A DNA stretch of 62,527 nucleotides, counting the filler, from Porpidia crustulata (taxonomy: Eukaryota), in NCBI GenBank assembly GCA_964255105.1. It is 9 parts of 9 records of this genome, joined end to end, with 100 filler letters (N's around TTAATTAATTAA, not from the genome) between each part and the next. Parts side by side here need not be neighbours in the genome. Positions count along the whole stretch, not along the records: positions 48,746 to 55,587 come from CAXUWE010001443.1; positions 55,688 to 62,527 come from CAXUWE010001444.1; 7 more parts are not named here. One strand, written 5' to 3'. Under the pieces are notes generated by a model. That model was not told where the DNA came from and made no database searches. It worked only from the letters and a program-made list of their open reading frames with translations. Below are positions 48,818 to 60,448 of this stretch, one piece after another (the first letter of the stretch is position 1; the number at the start of each line of letters is the position of its first letter). Position numbers and translations under genes: made by a program.

Positions 48818-49160
48818 GCTTCTCGTCCTTGGTAACGGCCCATCCTGATAGGCTGGTTTTCAGAACATTTGCTAGCTCTTTAAAAGCCTCCTGATATGTG
48901 GCATTAGCGGAAGGTCCTTTTGGGGATATATTCAACGAAGCTAGCGACTTAGCACTCACGAAGAAATTCAAACCCAAAAATAACGTCAAAGCAAGCATGA
49001 TTATGTTGAAGGAGGCCTTGTGTGCTGATGGAAAGTTGTGCTTGGCCTGGTATATCTTGACAACCGCAACCAGCAAGACCGTCAAAAGCACAGTCCCGCT
49101 CCATCTCAAAAACAAACATACCAAGAAAATGTTTCTTAGCCATATCTTTCTTATGAGATC
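48746..49160 (-). CDS. Fragment of a hypothetical membrane protein
   Basis: Two hydrophobic segments (FLRWSGTVLLTVLLVAVV and FNIIMLALTLFLGLNFF), then a GTGAGT...GCTAAT...CAG intron and EAFKELA; runs into a low-quality poly-A edge. Confidence 0.6.
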
Positions 49161-49799
49161 CTTTAATACGCAAAGTCAATAAGTATAGTGGTATTGACAA
49201 GCAACGCGCTTTTTCAAAATTGGCCTGCTCTCCAAGAAGCGGGCGTCATAAGCTGTATTTTGAAGCACGAAGCAGGAATAGACAGGCGGCTCCCTCCAAC
49301 AGCTAATATGGCAAATTGCAGGTAAATTGCCATACGAATTGCTCTCCAATCGGTCGAAGGAAGATCCACGGAATAATTGATGATCTGCAGCTGAACATAG
49401 ATGCGATCAACAGGACGCGCAGCTCAGGAGGACCTGAGATAACGCATCTAAAGCTTAGAGGACAGCCTCGCTGAATCATGATGTTTGTCCATGTATCATT
49501 GATTGTTTGATTGGTTGATCGATTCATTATGTCCGGAGGCATTGAGCCAATAGATAGGTCATAGTTGACTTCTTACATGATGCGCAACAGGGGGATTCAG
49601 TAGAGCCCAATGATGATACACCAACAGAAGACTTCCAGCTGACTCCGCCATTGACTGTGATGTTCTAGATCTGACTACCTTATATGATGATCAAACAGTC
49701 GTGGAGATAAGACGGGTTGTTCGGTCACCGAAGTAGGCTGCTTGGCTGCAACTATCAAAATATTCTTAGGGACCTATATACAGCTCTCGCCTGCTGTGC

Positions 49800-50260
49800 A
49801 ACTCTTGCTCCCTCGGTGCTCCCTCGATGCTCCTTTAAAGCGCCTCTGCTCCCTATTTCGATCGAAAACGGCAATTCCTAATCCTAAGCTCGGGCCGTGT
49901 ATAATATATATATACATATAATATATCCTCAACCTTCAAATACTTCAAAACCTGACCGTCGCTAACTGCGTAGGAACGACGTTTGAAAAGTAAATAATAA
50001 ACAGAGCGCCTGGAGCTAATGAGAGCCCCCCAGAATTGCGAGCCTAGGTGACTCCGTATTAGTAAAACCATCCGTGTCCCCTAGAAGTCACTCAAATCTT
50101 CGGCTTGCTCTAGGGCTCTGATAGCGTCCCCTTTTCAAATCGCATGTCGTGCTAGGATACCGTCCCGCCCACTCCGTGCTTCTGCTCTCCTATGCTCCCT
50201 CTATGCTCCTTTACGCCCTCCCCCCCCTTACTCCCTCCTGCTCTATTCGTGTTCCCAGGG
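49800..50260. repeat. Degenerate TGCTCC-rich repeat tracts plus TA-rich tract (left copy)
   Basis: Recurrent TGCTCC/TGCTCT units at about 49803-49855 and 50177-50256, and AATCCTAAGCTCGGGCCGTGTATAATATATAT near 49880. Confidence 0.55.
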
Positions 50261-50838
50261 CAGTCAATAACGAATAGACTTGCTCCGTGAGCTTGACCGC
50301 AACTTTGAATCGCTGAGTAATTGCTGTTATTCTTGCATGCCTATATATTAAATAATTCTGATGGCCACATTCTGCTCTCCGGCAACATCGACTAGCACGC
50401 TAAAAAGCCTGTGAATTGGATATCCTTGATGGCAGGAGGGGCGTGACTTGATTGTGATATCTTGTTGATTCCTGAAAGGACGACTACTGTGAATTTCTCA
50501 CCGTTGTGGAATGCAAAACTTGTTGCAAAGGAGGTATTGAAAGCTAGCATCGGCGCCAATTGCAGGCAAGTTCAAGGAAAGACTTGACAAGACTCAACAT
50601 GACATAATGACGATTTGAGTAATGATTATGTTGAATGAAGGCAAGCGGTCTCCTATACTGAGTAGAGCATAACCCCTGAATCCTCAAATGCATTATGACT
50701 GAAAGACACATATAAAGTCGATTGGGTTGCTCTGATTAATAATTTCGTTGTATAGCACTACTGCCAAAGTCTATTCGTTACACTTAACTTATTAAAAGTG
50801 GAGTCCTCGCCGCCATTCTGTTGTCCACGATCCGACCT

Positions 50839-52292
50839 TTACTGCAGACGCTCGTTAAACTCAGAAACCCTGGTACCAAAACCCTTTGAAACACAAATCT
50901 TGATATCGTTCTCACAGTTCGGGCCATGGACGCTCAAACCCCAGCGGTGAATTTCGTTGATCCAGTCCGTCAATTCTTTGACGTCGTTTTGATCATCGCA
51001 GTCACCGTAATGAACGCTTGTCATCGTGCAACCCGCCCATTCGCAGGCAGTCTCACGGAGCTTCGGTCGAATGCACCAGATCACAAATGAAGCTCCTTGG
51101 AATATGATGCCATAGACTCTAATATTTTCAACGTTAATCTGGTCCAGCGATTGCCCAGCCTGCTCCATACGCGCTACCCGCAAGTTGAAGCAATTGTATA
51201 GAGCCAACGAGGCTGCAGCTGCGACTTGGTTCTCGGCTGATGAAGGATCTTTATCATCTTTCTTGAATTCTATGAAGAGGTAGGGGCAAGTGATTCGTCG
51301 CTTAACGACAAACGCCCATTGCCTCACTTTTGAGACGTAATCCGCATTGAAGGCTTGTAGAGAAAGCCAGTAGGCGCAATCCGGGCGAATGTCAAAGTCG
51401 TATTTTTTGAAGCTGTGGTCGCTTTGTAGGACAGGGGGCGACTCCCAACAGTTGATTCTGCGCTCATTCGATTTTGCAACCAGCTCCACCATGCGATCTG
51501 TCTTTCAAGCGCGAAGGTCGCTGAACTGCCGATATAGCATTCGCTTATCCCGGCGAAATAGTGTTTCTTTGGCATATGTTTCAAACTCTGCTTCGCACAT
51601 GTTCCCCTCCACCATGCATGTATATTCATGAGCCACCTCTTTGAGAAAAGCATCGTCTGCATTCAGCCAGATGTCGGAGTGTTTGAGCCTTTATCTTTAT
51701 AGAAAGAGATACGGTCTTGATCTGGTTGTATGGTTTGGAAGTGGTCCCACACTGATATGTTGCGCTCTTCGACAATAACGATACCGCGTGGTGTGAGTAT
51801 TTGCTGGCGAAAGTCTTTATCATAAGGCGAAGCGTTACGAATCTTTGTAGAAGAAGCCGATGTGATGTCGGTTGGAGAATCCCCTATCTGGGTCGAGGGA
51901 TGGCGGGACAACGTTTCTGAAGGGGCTCCGCTTCGAGATTTTGATTTGTTATCTTGCTCACTTTCTAGTGCCCTCTTTTGCCGGTCGACAGAACTTCTGG
52001 TGGGTATTCTTCTTTCATTGGACGACATACCTCTTTCCAGATCTTCTCGGATATGCTCCCACAGCCTTTCTATTACTTCCGGCTCGGAGTCTGGTATCAG
52101 AGTATCCTTGCTGGCTAAATTGACAACATCAGGTCGATTCTCTAGATAGTAATTTCTCTGGCCTCGATCCAGAGAGGAGGTACGATAATGACGAGGAATC
52201 TCACGTTGAGAGCGCATCAGAGCGCATCTTAATGGCTCTTCTTTAGGCACCAACGGCGAGAGGTGGGGCGCAGGGCTGCAAGACTCATGCAT
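50839..52292 (-). pseudogene. PD-(D/E)XK (restriction endonuclease-fold)-like gene, disrupted
   Basis: IRPDCAYWL...CPYLFIEFKKD...AENQVAAA.SLALYN...WINEIHRWGL. One-base frameshift near 51686 (KG/LKHSDIWL) and in-frame TGA at 51505-51507 (RA*KTDRM). Confidence 0.72.
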
Positions 52293-52790
52293 GACAAAGG
52301 GCCATATTCTAGAATCAATATGACGCCAATATATCAAACGAGAGGCTTTGCATCACTACAAATCAATTGATGTGAAGAGTCCAATTGTAAAGCTAATCTC
52401 GCGTTTAAATATTTTCTATGCTCGTGAGTCGCGTTGGCCCGACGACTGTTTTCGCGGCTAAGATAAGTTAGACGAGAAATAGCAAGCGTATGCAACATCA
52501 CAGTATTTTCTTAGCATAAGAATCAAGTAATAAGTAGATCAACAGCCAGTCTGAGATTAAGGGGAGGATTTACTTTTGTCTTCTTAACAGGGTAGGAGGA
52601 GGGTCAGTCGTTCGCTCGCCGGAAATCCTAGGCCTAATCGCATCAAAAGGTTCTGTGGGAAATGGGCGATATCTCAGCAGTCAATCAATCTTAATAGTCA
52701 CAGTATTACATAGACAACGTAGGCGAGCAAGTACGCCTTGGTGCTAATCATCAAAACAAGCCCATCTCAGATTTCTATGAGGACTATGCG

Positions 52791-53914
52791 ATGAAGGTAT
52801 TTCGAAGGATGGCTTCTACTTTACCCACGCAAATTGGTTATTAGGCAAATGGCACTCATGGCAATTATCTTATTTCGAAGCAACTACACCGAAACATATG
52901 GCGAGCTGTGTAAAGACTCACATCCACCACAGCATTTGGTCCGCTTCTTCTAACAAATTACAGTGATCAACAAACGAAACAGGATGTCATTGTCAAAACC
53001 GCGCCAGACTTCCTCTTTCGTAACGAGCGTGACATCCTCAAGCGCTTCCAGACCATACCTTCTCTTCGCCGCCTGATTGACGAGGTCCAAGATCCTCCTT
53101 TGCTAGTCTTGGAATATCTTCATAGCAATCTGTTAATCGAATCTGCGGGGGGAAAAATTCAATCTTCAGAAGTAAAGCATATTACAAAGGCTGTTTTACA
53201 AGCTCTAGCAGCTTTGCACGAGGAGGGAATCGTCCATACAGGTGCGTGAGAAATCATAGCCATAGCCATATCATCACACATCATCTGACTCCTGATAACA
53301 GATGTCAAACCTGATAATATACTAGTCGACTATGGTGACAGTGGAAGTCGCTTCAGTGATGTCAAATTGGCGGACTGCGGAGATAGTACACACATTGATT
53401 CTGTCGTCGAAGAGCATATCATTGGAGCCAACATCTTTCGAAGCCCTGAAGCGATGCTTAATCTTATCTGGGGTCCACCAACAGATATTTGGTTCTTGGG
53501 AGCTACGGCAAGGTTTCCCCTCACCATACTGGTGGATGCGTTCCGTCTACTAACTCTGTAAAGCTTATAAGTTTGATATGGGGAGAAAACTGGCATATAT
53601 TTAAGCCTTCCAATATCGACCCGACGGACTCGGCATATCCTATAGAGGTATTACGACGGCAAGATGAATGTTTTGGACCTTTTCCACTAAGCTATACAAG
53701 CCTTGCGGATGATGATAGACTTGATACGCTCACCGCTATCACTGAATCAGTAGAGAAGCGGACGCCTTTCGAGATGGCTTCTTCTCAGGAAATCGCGAAA
53801 GAGGATCGGGAGTTCATCAGTAAGCTAATGCAGCTTGACCCAAGAGACAGACCGTCCGCCAAGGTATTGCTGCAGGATATGTGGCTTACAGAGTGCACAG
53901 CGGATCCCAAATGA
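52791..53914 (+). pseudogene. Ser/Thr protein kinase of an expanded fungal family, with an early in-frame stop
   Basis: VIVK, NERDILKRF, LVLEYL, IVHT/DVKPDNIL, KLADCG, FRSPEA, TDIW and LDPRDRPSA. TAG at 52842 in exon 1; three introns, one apparently GC-AG. Confidence 0.82.
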
Positions 53915-54492
53915 GTCATAAGCTGCCTCAGACACTTGTCGAACACACATATCAATAACCAGGACGTAGTTGCCTGCAATGAGCTTGACCTCAGATACTA
54001 CAACGCTCTTGGAAATTGACCTATACTAAAGTAGTCCTTTCTAGACACCACAGAAGCCGCTAGAGGCGGGCCGGTGTAACCGCTGCGCTATAAGAAATAC
54101 TGACTCTGTCTCCACTTCGTTCTAGGATTCGCCATGAGAGCACGCTGATTCGTTTACAATGATGTTTAAGGTTGTCACACTCGTCCCTGTATTAGTGAGT
54201 CACGGCTTAATCCACTGCATGGAGGTCTGCGCTGTTAACCAATATGAACCAGTGAGTTTGACGCGCTCCATTTAGGAAACCTTCTCGCTACATCCTTTTG
54301 AGCACGTGGTAGCATCTTCATATACAAGAATCCCTTTAGACACTGGATTCTTCCCACTTCATTGCAACTTCCTAAAGCTGATCAGTTTATTAAGACTTGA
54401 AAAGACTGCTTAACATTTCATCTGCTGGACCCGAACGCAAACAACATTGTCCTCAGTCGATTCATGCTTCAGAGGCTTTGCTCTGTCCCGCC

Positions 54493-54861
54493 ATGTCAAA
54501 TAACAGTATCATCCAGAAAGTGGACTTGAAGAAGACGGTCACAAAGGGTAGTCAAGCGGTGAGGCTGTCCGCAGCAACGGTAATCGAACGTTGGACAAGA
54601 CCAGCGTTCGCCGTGCAAAGTAGTAAAGATGGCTTCACCAAGGCTGTACAGAATGCGAAGAAGCCTCTGCCAAACGGCACTACGGAAATTGCCATGAGGT
54701 AATTGTTTTTCTTTTGATCTAATCGGCAATTCGCTTGCGCAAATCTCGAACCTAGGGAAGCCGATCATACAAGTGACAATGACCAGCGTGACCATTATAG
54801 CGGATTATGCTACGATGAAAAGGGCAATTCACTCGGAACCGAGCACTTTCCACGAAAGTAG
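54493..54861 (+). CDS. Small two-exon hypothetical protein, 103 aa
   Basis: MSNNSIIQKV...TEIAMR, intron 54699-54755 (GTAATT...CTAAT...TAG), then EADHTSDNDQRDHYSGLCYDEKGNSLGTEHFPRK*. Confidence 0.72.
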
Positions 54862-55249
54862 CCACAAATATAGTGACTAGCCTCCGAAATCGAGGAAAGA
54901 TATCGAGGGGCTGTTACGATGATTCTCCAGGTTTGAGGTTACAGCTATTTTACGCAATGCTAGCGTCAGCTTCAGAAACACACCAGGTAATTAGAGGAAA
55001 TATTGCCAAGGGAGTTCAATAGGGTTGACTGGATATGGGGCGCCGCTGCTACCGACAGCCTCCCGTCATCAAATATAACGCAAGGGACGCTCCCCTGCAA
55101 AGCACGTGGGTACGCTCAGTCTGGTACAATACAAAAGGGGAGGAGGGGCTCTAGGCAGCAGGAGGCTGAACCAGGCAACAGTTTGCACGATTTGTCGTTG
55201 TAAATAACGTGAGCAGCTATAGCTGGGTGCGAGGAAGCCATTTTCAGGC

Positions 55250-55450
55250 TCCTACCTCCTACGACCCGGCACTGCCCCCATAGTGCTCCCCCTGTGCCTC
55301 AATTGCTCTCCCATGCTCTTTTTGTGCTCGCTTTTGCTCCCCTGCTTGCCTCCTTTGAAGTGGCCTGGCTTTCTTTTCCAAGTCAAAAAGAGCGATGATG
55401 AATTCTGAAGTTCGGGGTGTATATAATGTATATGATGTATATATATATTC
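55250..55450. repeat. Degenerate TGCTCC-rich repeat plus TA-rich tract (right copy)
   Basis: TGCCCC/TGCTCC/TGCTCT units at about 55272-55355, then AATTCTGAAGTTCGGGGTGTATATAATGTATAT at 55401. Confidence 0.5.
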
Positions 55451-56309
55451 GTACGATTCATTCGATCCCCGAACCCCCAATAAGTCAGCTTCGCCCATCC
55501 ACCATCACCACCACCGTCCACCATATATTTTAAAACTGTATATTATACAAATAAGACGCTGCCGACGAAGGCTTAGGTGTAGATATANNNNNNNNNNNNN
55601 NNNNNNNNNNNNNNNNNNNNNNNNNNNNNNNTTAATTAATTAANNNNNNNNNNNNNNNNNNNNNNNNNNNNNNNNNNNNNNNNNNNNGAGTGGAACTCGG
55701 TTCCGCCGCGACAAAAGCAAAATTTTAGCATGCCATTCTAGAACAAGGCAAGTTGATGCGAGAACACAGCAATCTAGGCCTAGGGCGAGCGCCGCTTTAA
55801 GACACGCTCGCGCGAGCCTGAATGATTAACAACTTCACTCCGTCACACTCCACTCCTCCTGCACTCCTCGTCTATTGCAATCCGTCTTCATTTTGCAGCT
55901 CGACTTTCTCCTCCCCTGATGGACATGTCATTTGGCCCTGGTTACCCTCGCTCGACTTCTCGCCTGTCGGCTCATACTTGCCGTACCTGATCATCCTTTC
56001 CCGCATCTCAATTCGCACCGAGAGGACGGCAGAGGCTGCGACAATCATCCTTTCGGCGCCGACTTACTCTCGCTCCCTACTCGGTCACTTAGCTCATTCC
56101 CTTACGCAGATCCCAATCCCATCGATTTTCGAGCTACGCGACCTTCCGCGGTTCCACCCCGCCCTCAGCGCTCTTCTGGTTTTTTCAGTCAGCCCTCCCA
56201 TCATCCCTGGGAATAGCGTTACGACCGCCCTAGCAGGTTGTATCTACGGGTGACCCGTCATAGCTACAGCGATCAGACAGACATTAGCGACGACAACCGC
56301 CGCATTGAG

Positions 56310-57400
56310 ATGGATTTAGCTCAAGACTTCGATGCACAGCAGGACCAAAGGGACAAGCGCGTCTCACACCATGGTATAGCGACCTTTGTTGCGCCCTCAA
56401 TGGAAGGCTGACGCTCCGGCGATATTTCCTAAGTGATGATAGCGACCGAGCATCTTCGTTAGATTCAATATGATACGGTTTCAGGCATCATCCTTTGCCA
56501 ATGCGGCAGGGACACTGGCGAGCGCGCACAGACGTGTACTATCTATCAACGCCGAAGAATGACTATCAGACATTAGCCAGGTTCGAGGATCAACCTCAGC
56601 AGTAGATCTAGAAGGCGGCGATTAGGCACCTCGATTTGTGTGCAAGTCAGCTAGGTTTGAGGCATCAGCCATTGCTGGCCTGGGAACTCCTCGATCGTGA
56701 GGACGGATATGTGCACTGCCTAGCGATGCCTGGATCGGGAATTGGGTGCGTCGAGGTATGAAATTTCTCATGAGCCATTTTGCAGAATATTCCTCGAGGT
56801 CGCCAATTTCAGCGGCGAGCCTGTTACTCGTGAACTTGATGGTTTCAGCTCCTTCAACGCTGAATATTGGAACACTTGGGAGGGTAAAGATCCGGGCGGC
56901 GAGGGCGCTGTCAAGTGTTTTAGAGAGCATTTTGCAAGGCGAACGTTCGCAACGGTGCACAAGGTCAAGGGGTGGACAGAGAATGATCGGAGGACGAGAG
57001 GCGAGTGGATTCACAAACCAAGCCATGAATCGAGGGCTGTGCCGATGAGTCCTTGAGACGTGGATTTTGCTCTTCGCTGCGCATCGTGGAAGACGCCGTG
57101 TAGCCGATATGTCCTGATAGCTGCAGCTGACGTTTCATACGCGGTGTGGAGGTCCGCGAGGGGCGCAGTGGAGATCCTGCTACATGGGATGATTGGATAC
57201 GAGGCTCTAGTGGCCGGATGGGGCGCCGAAGTCTACCTCTGAGGTGCGAGGAGTGCTTGGAAATCGGCGATTGGTGGCCTGTGCATTGTGTAGGGGAGTG
57301 CGTGGGGATTATGTGTGGCGAGGATCACAGCGGATGGTGTATAGGACCCGCCTTTCGCCGCCTTGATGGGCCTCCAGACTGCTTTCGCATCGCCCGACAA
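56310..57400 (+). pseudogene. Heavily decayed coding region, family unknown
   Basis: Protein-like segments broken by several stops and frame changes; Trp/Cys-rich end (CEECLEIGDWWPVHC..C...C..DH..WC). Confidence 0.35.
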
Positions 57401-57660
57401 AACATTCAGCCCACTTATCACACTTTCTTTGATGCACCATCAAAGCCCACAATGGCCTCTGTCAATTTGGACTCTAGTCATCACCATCAGCCTCTTCCTT
57501 CTACAGTTCGGCCCGTTCAAAGGCGTGCTACAGCCCGAAATCGCGGTACTTTCACCGTCAGCAACGCGCACGTCACTGACGAGGAAAACGACGGCCCCCT
57601 TCTATCCCTCGGGTAGCTGCCGCGTAGTGCTGGGAAAGCATAGAATCCGCAACATGCGGT

Positions 57661-58451
57661 TCGAGTGCCTATCATGAAAGTGATACGACCGATGACGAGA
57701 CTGAGCATTGCATCTCAATCAGCTGCGACGATTCTTGAACTTTCGAAGCGAAAGAAAATAAAGACCACTGTGAAGCGACTGACGATTGCAATAAAGTTCC
57801 CTTCAACAGTGATGACTTCGCATCGAAATAGCGAAACGAGCAGCAGAACTTTCTCAGCACTTCGTCGATTTCGATGTCAAATTGAAAAACAAAGTACCCC
57901 TTCACTCGCTGATTTCACTGTAAACAGAGATCTGCAATCTAGAAATTTTATTATTCACAAGAAGACAAATTATTCTGTCTTCGCTCCCTCTTCTCCTTCT
58001 CCACCTTCATCATTGTCATCATTGTTACTTTCTGTCGTCGACTTTTCGAAATTCGATATATACACAAAATCAAGTTACGCTTTTTTAAAATATATCGAAT
58101 CTAATTCTTTCGATAAAGTAAAAGATAAGACAGGCACAAAAAACGAGCACAGCAGAAAAGAAAAAGAAAAAAACAACGGAATGACGACGAAACGATCACG
58201 CGCGTCACAGATATTCGAGATCTTTTTAAGCACACAGCGAGCAGTGCAGATTTGAATGAGAGATGAAAATGCGTGCAGATCGAATCAATTTCGACGTAAT
58301 GATCATTTCACGGATTCTACTGCTGTATATCGCATCTGACAGTTTTCGACACATCTTATCGACGACACAAGTGATATCGATCATGATCAAGGAAAGCAGA
58401 ACGAGGTGTGTAACCGTGTAACCCACCAACCGTGTAGGCTAATCTATAACA
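57661..58451. repeat. Hypermutated repeat-like tract depleted of GG/CC
   Basis: By hand count, 3 GG in 57661-58380 and no CC in 58021-58380, while CG is abundant. Confidence 0.55.
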
Positions 58452-58551
58452 AGAAATCGGGGCGCCAACGCTGTTTCAGCGCCAAACGCTTCTTTAAGCG
58501 CCTACATGTTGCCTCAAATCTTTCTCACCTCGTCAATGCTATATTCAGGCT

Positions 58552-60448
58552 ATGATCACCAGACGTCGCCTCGTCATATGTAGAAGATGGCCAAGGGTAC
58601 TGCGATTCCATCGCGCCCGTACCGCAATGACTGAGGGGTTGATAGCAACAGTAAACTCGCGCTCAATGTGGCAGACCTCTCACAGCTTGGCTTCCAACGA
58701 GTGCTCAAAATCCCCACCAATCAGTCACCCCTACCGACGAGATGATTGTCACAATGAAGACTACTTTCGTTTTACACGAGGCCGCTTCGTTGCTGATGAA
58801 CAGTATGAAATGTCTCAACGATACGTTCGCTTCGATTTGGACGAGTTGGCTCGTCTTGCGGCAGAAGCTGCAGGCTCGAAATTCCGCTTTAGCATTGAAA
58901 AGTATCCTGATGGAATGCACAATAAAGCCTTACTTTTGACGATGGATGATGGTACTGAGGCTGTTGCCAAAATTCCCAATTCCAATGCTGGACGACCTCA
59001 TTTGACGACTGCGAGCGAGGTGGCAACGATGGAATTTGTATGCCTCGTCGAGCCCTTTCGCTAGTGACAAAGTTGATAATCTACAGATGCGGAAGATTCT
59101 AGAGACCCCTGTCCCGAAAGTCTATACATGGAGCTCCAGAGCTCAAGATAATGTCGTTGGAGCTGAAAATTATCATCATGGAGAAGCTGCCTAGTATCCA
59201 ACTCAGTGTCGTGTGGGCACAAATGGGCATTGAAGACCGCTTCACTGTTGCGAAGGCTATCGCTCGATACCAGAAAGCCTGGATGTCAGTTTCGTTCAAC
59301 CAGTTCGGCAGCCTCTACTACCCTAAGGATCTGGATAGATCTGCCCAGAGCCTCTCATATATCAATCGCCACAATATCACAGTAACGGATCCTAGGTTCG
59401 CCGTCGGACCACCCTCGACAGCACGGGGCTTTAGTGATGATGGAAGGTCAAATGTTCAATTCGATAGGGGCCCATGTAAGTTTTATGGCAAGCATCTACC
59501 GCTCACACAACTAATACTGTTCTAGGGACCTCTTTAGAAGAGTACGAATCGGCGATTGGCTATCGAAAAATCTCTTGTGTACGGAGCCTCCCTCGATTGC
59601 CGAGATCACCAGTGACTCTCTGCGGCCCAGGAATATATCAACCTACCTGGGAAAAGAAGCTCAAGGCTTTACAGTGTTACCTTGCAATCGTCGAATATCT
59701 CCTCCCAATAGATCAATCTATTCAATCTTCTTGTTTATGGCACGACGACCTCCATATCGAGAATATTTTCGTGGATTCTAAAAACCCCACCGAAGTGATT
59801 GGAATAATAGACTGGCACTCAGTAAAGCTCGTCCCTCTGTTTGAGCATGCTCGTCAACCATATTTCCTGGACTACGACGGCCCGCCCACATTCGGGCTTG
59901 AGCGTCCCCGTCTACCGGAGAATCTACAGCAGTTCGATCCAGCAGCCCAGAAGGAAGCCAAAGTACTATTTCTAAATCAGTCTCTCTCCGCCCTCTACAA
60001 GGCCTTTCTTCGCAAGCAGAACCTCCGCCTCTACCGTGCGATGGCTTTTAAGGAAACTCCAAGCTTTGATCTTCTGTTGCTCGCCCGAAATCTCCTAGTC
60101 GATGGTGAAGCGACCTATCTAGCTCAGGTACTAGAGTTGGAAAAAACGTGGGCCGAGCTTCCCGGTGTGTGCGTACGCGGAGCTGCGCCCTTCCCATTCC
60201 GGTTCTCTAACGAGGAAAGAGCAGAAATAGAGGCTGATGTCAGTGGAGCGCTGCATGGCATCGAAGCCATGTGTGAAGTCCAAGAGAGACTGGGTGAGCT
60301 GTTTCCGGAAAGGGGGATAGTCCGGAACGATCAGTATGAGGAGACTCGCGATGCGCTGCGGCAGATCAAGGACCAAGTCGTCGACATGTATGCAAGGGAT
60401 GAGGAGGAGAAGGAGATTTGGCGGAAGGGCTGGCCGTTTGATGATTGA
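58552..60448 (+). pseudogene. APH/choline-kinase-like phosphotransferase (AIM9-like family) with one frameshift
   Basis: FRFTRGRFV.DE, DGMHNKALLLTMDDG.EAVAKIPN.NAG, TASEVATMEF, PVPKVYTW, LWHDDLHIENIFV, IIDW and WPFDD. One extra base near 59168 in VGAE(Y)IIME. Confidence 0.82.

Noticed and set aside
49610..49674. Second C/D snoRNA (ATGATGA...CTGA...GTGATGT...CTGA)
   Set aside because: Boxes are present, but the best recalled rRNA complement is only about 9 bp with a G-U pair, the D guide is too short and there is no clear host intron. Unsupported without snoscan.
6884..55687. Regularly spaced TTAATTAATTAA palindromes as a biological repeat array
   Set aside because: Embedded in fixed N runs; a standard six-frame-stop contig linker.
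58023..58451. Solo LTR bounded by TGTTA...TAACA
   Set aside because: Flanks ATCAT and AGAAA give no target-site duplication, there is no PBS or PPT, and the compositional anomaly extends beyond the left boundary.
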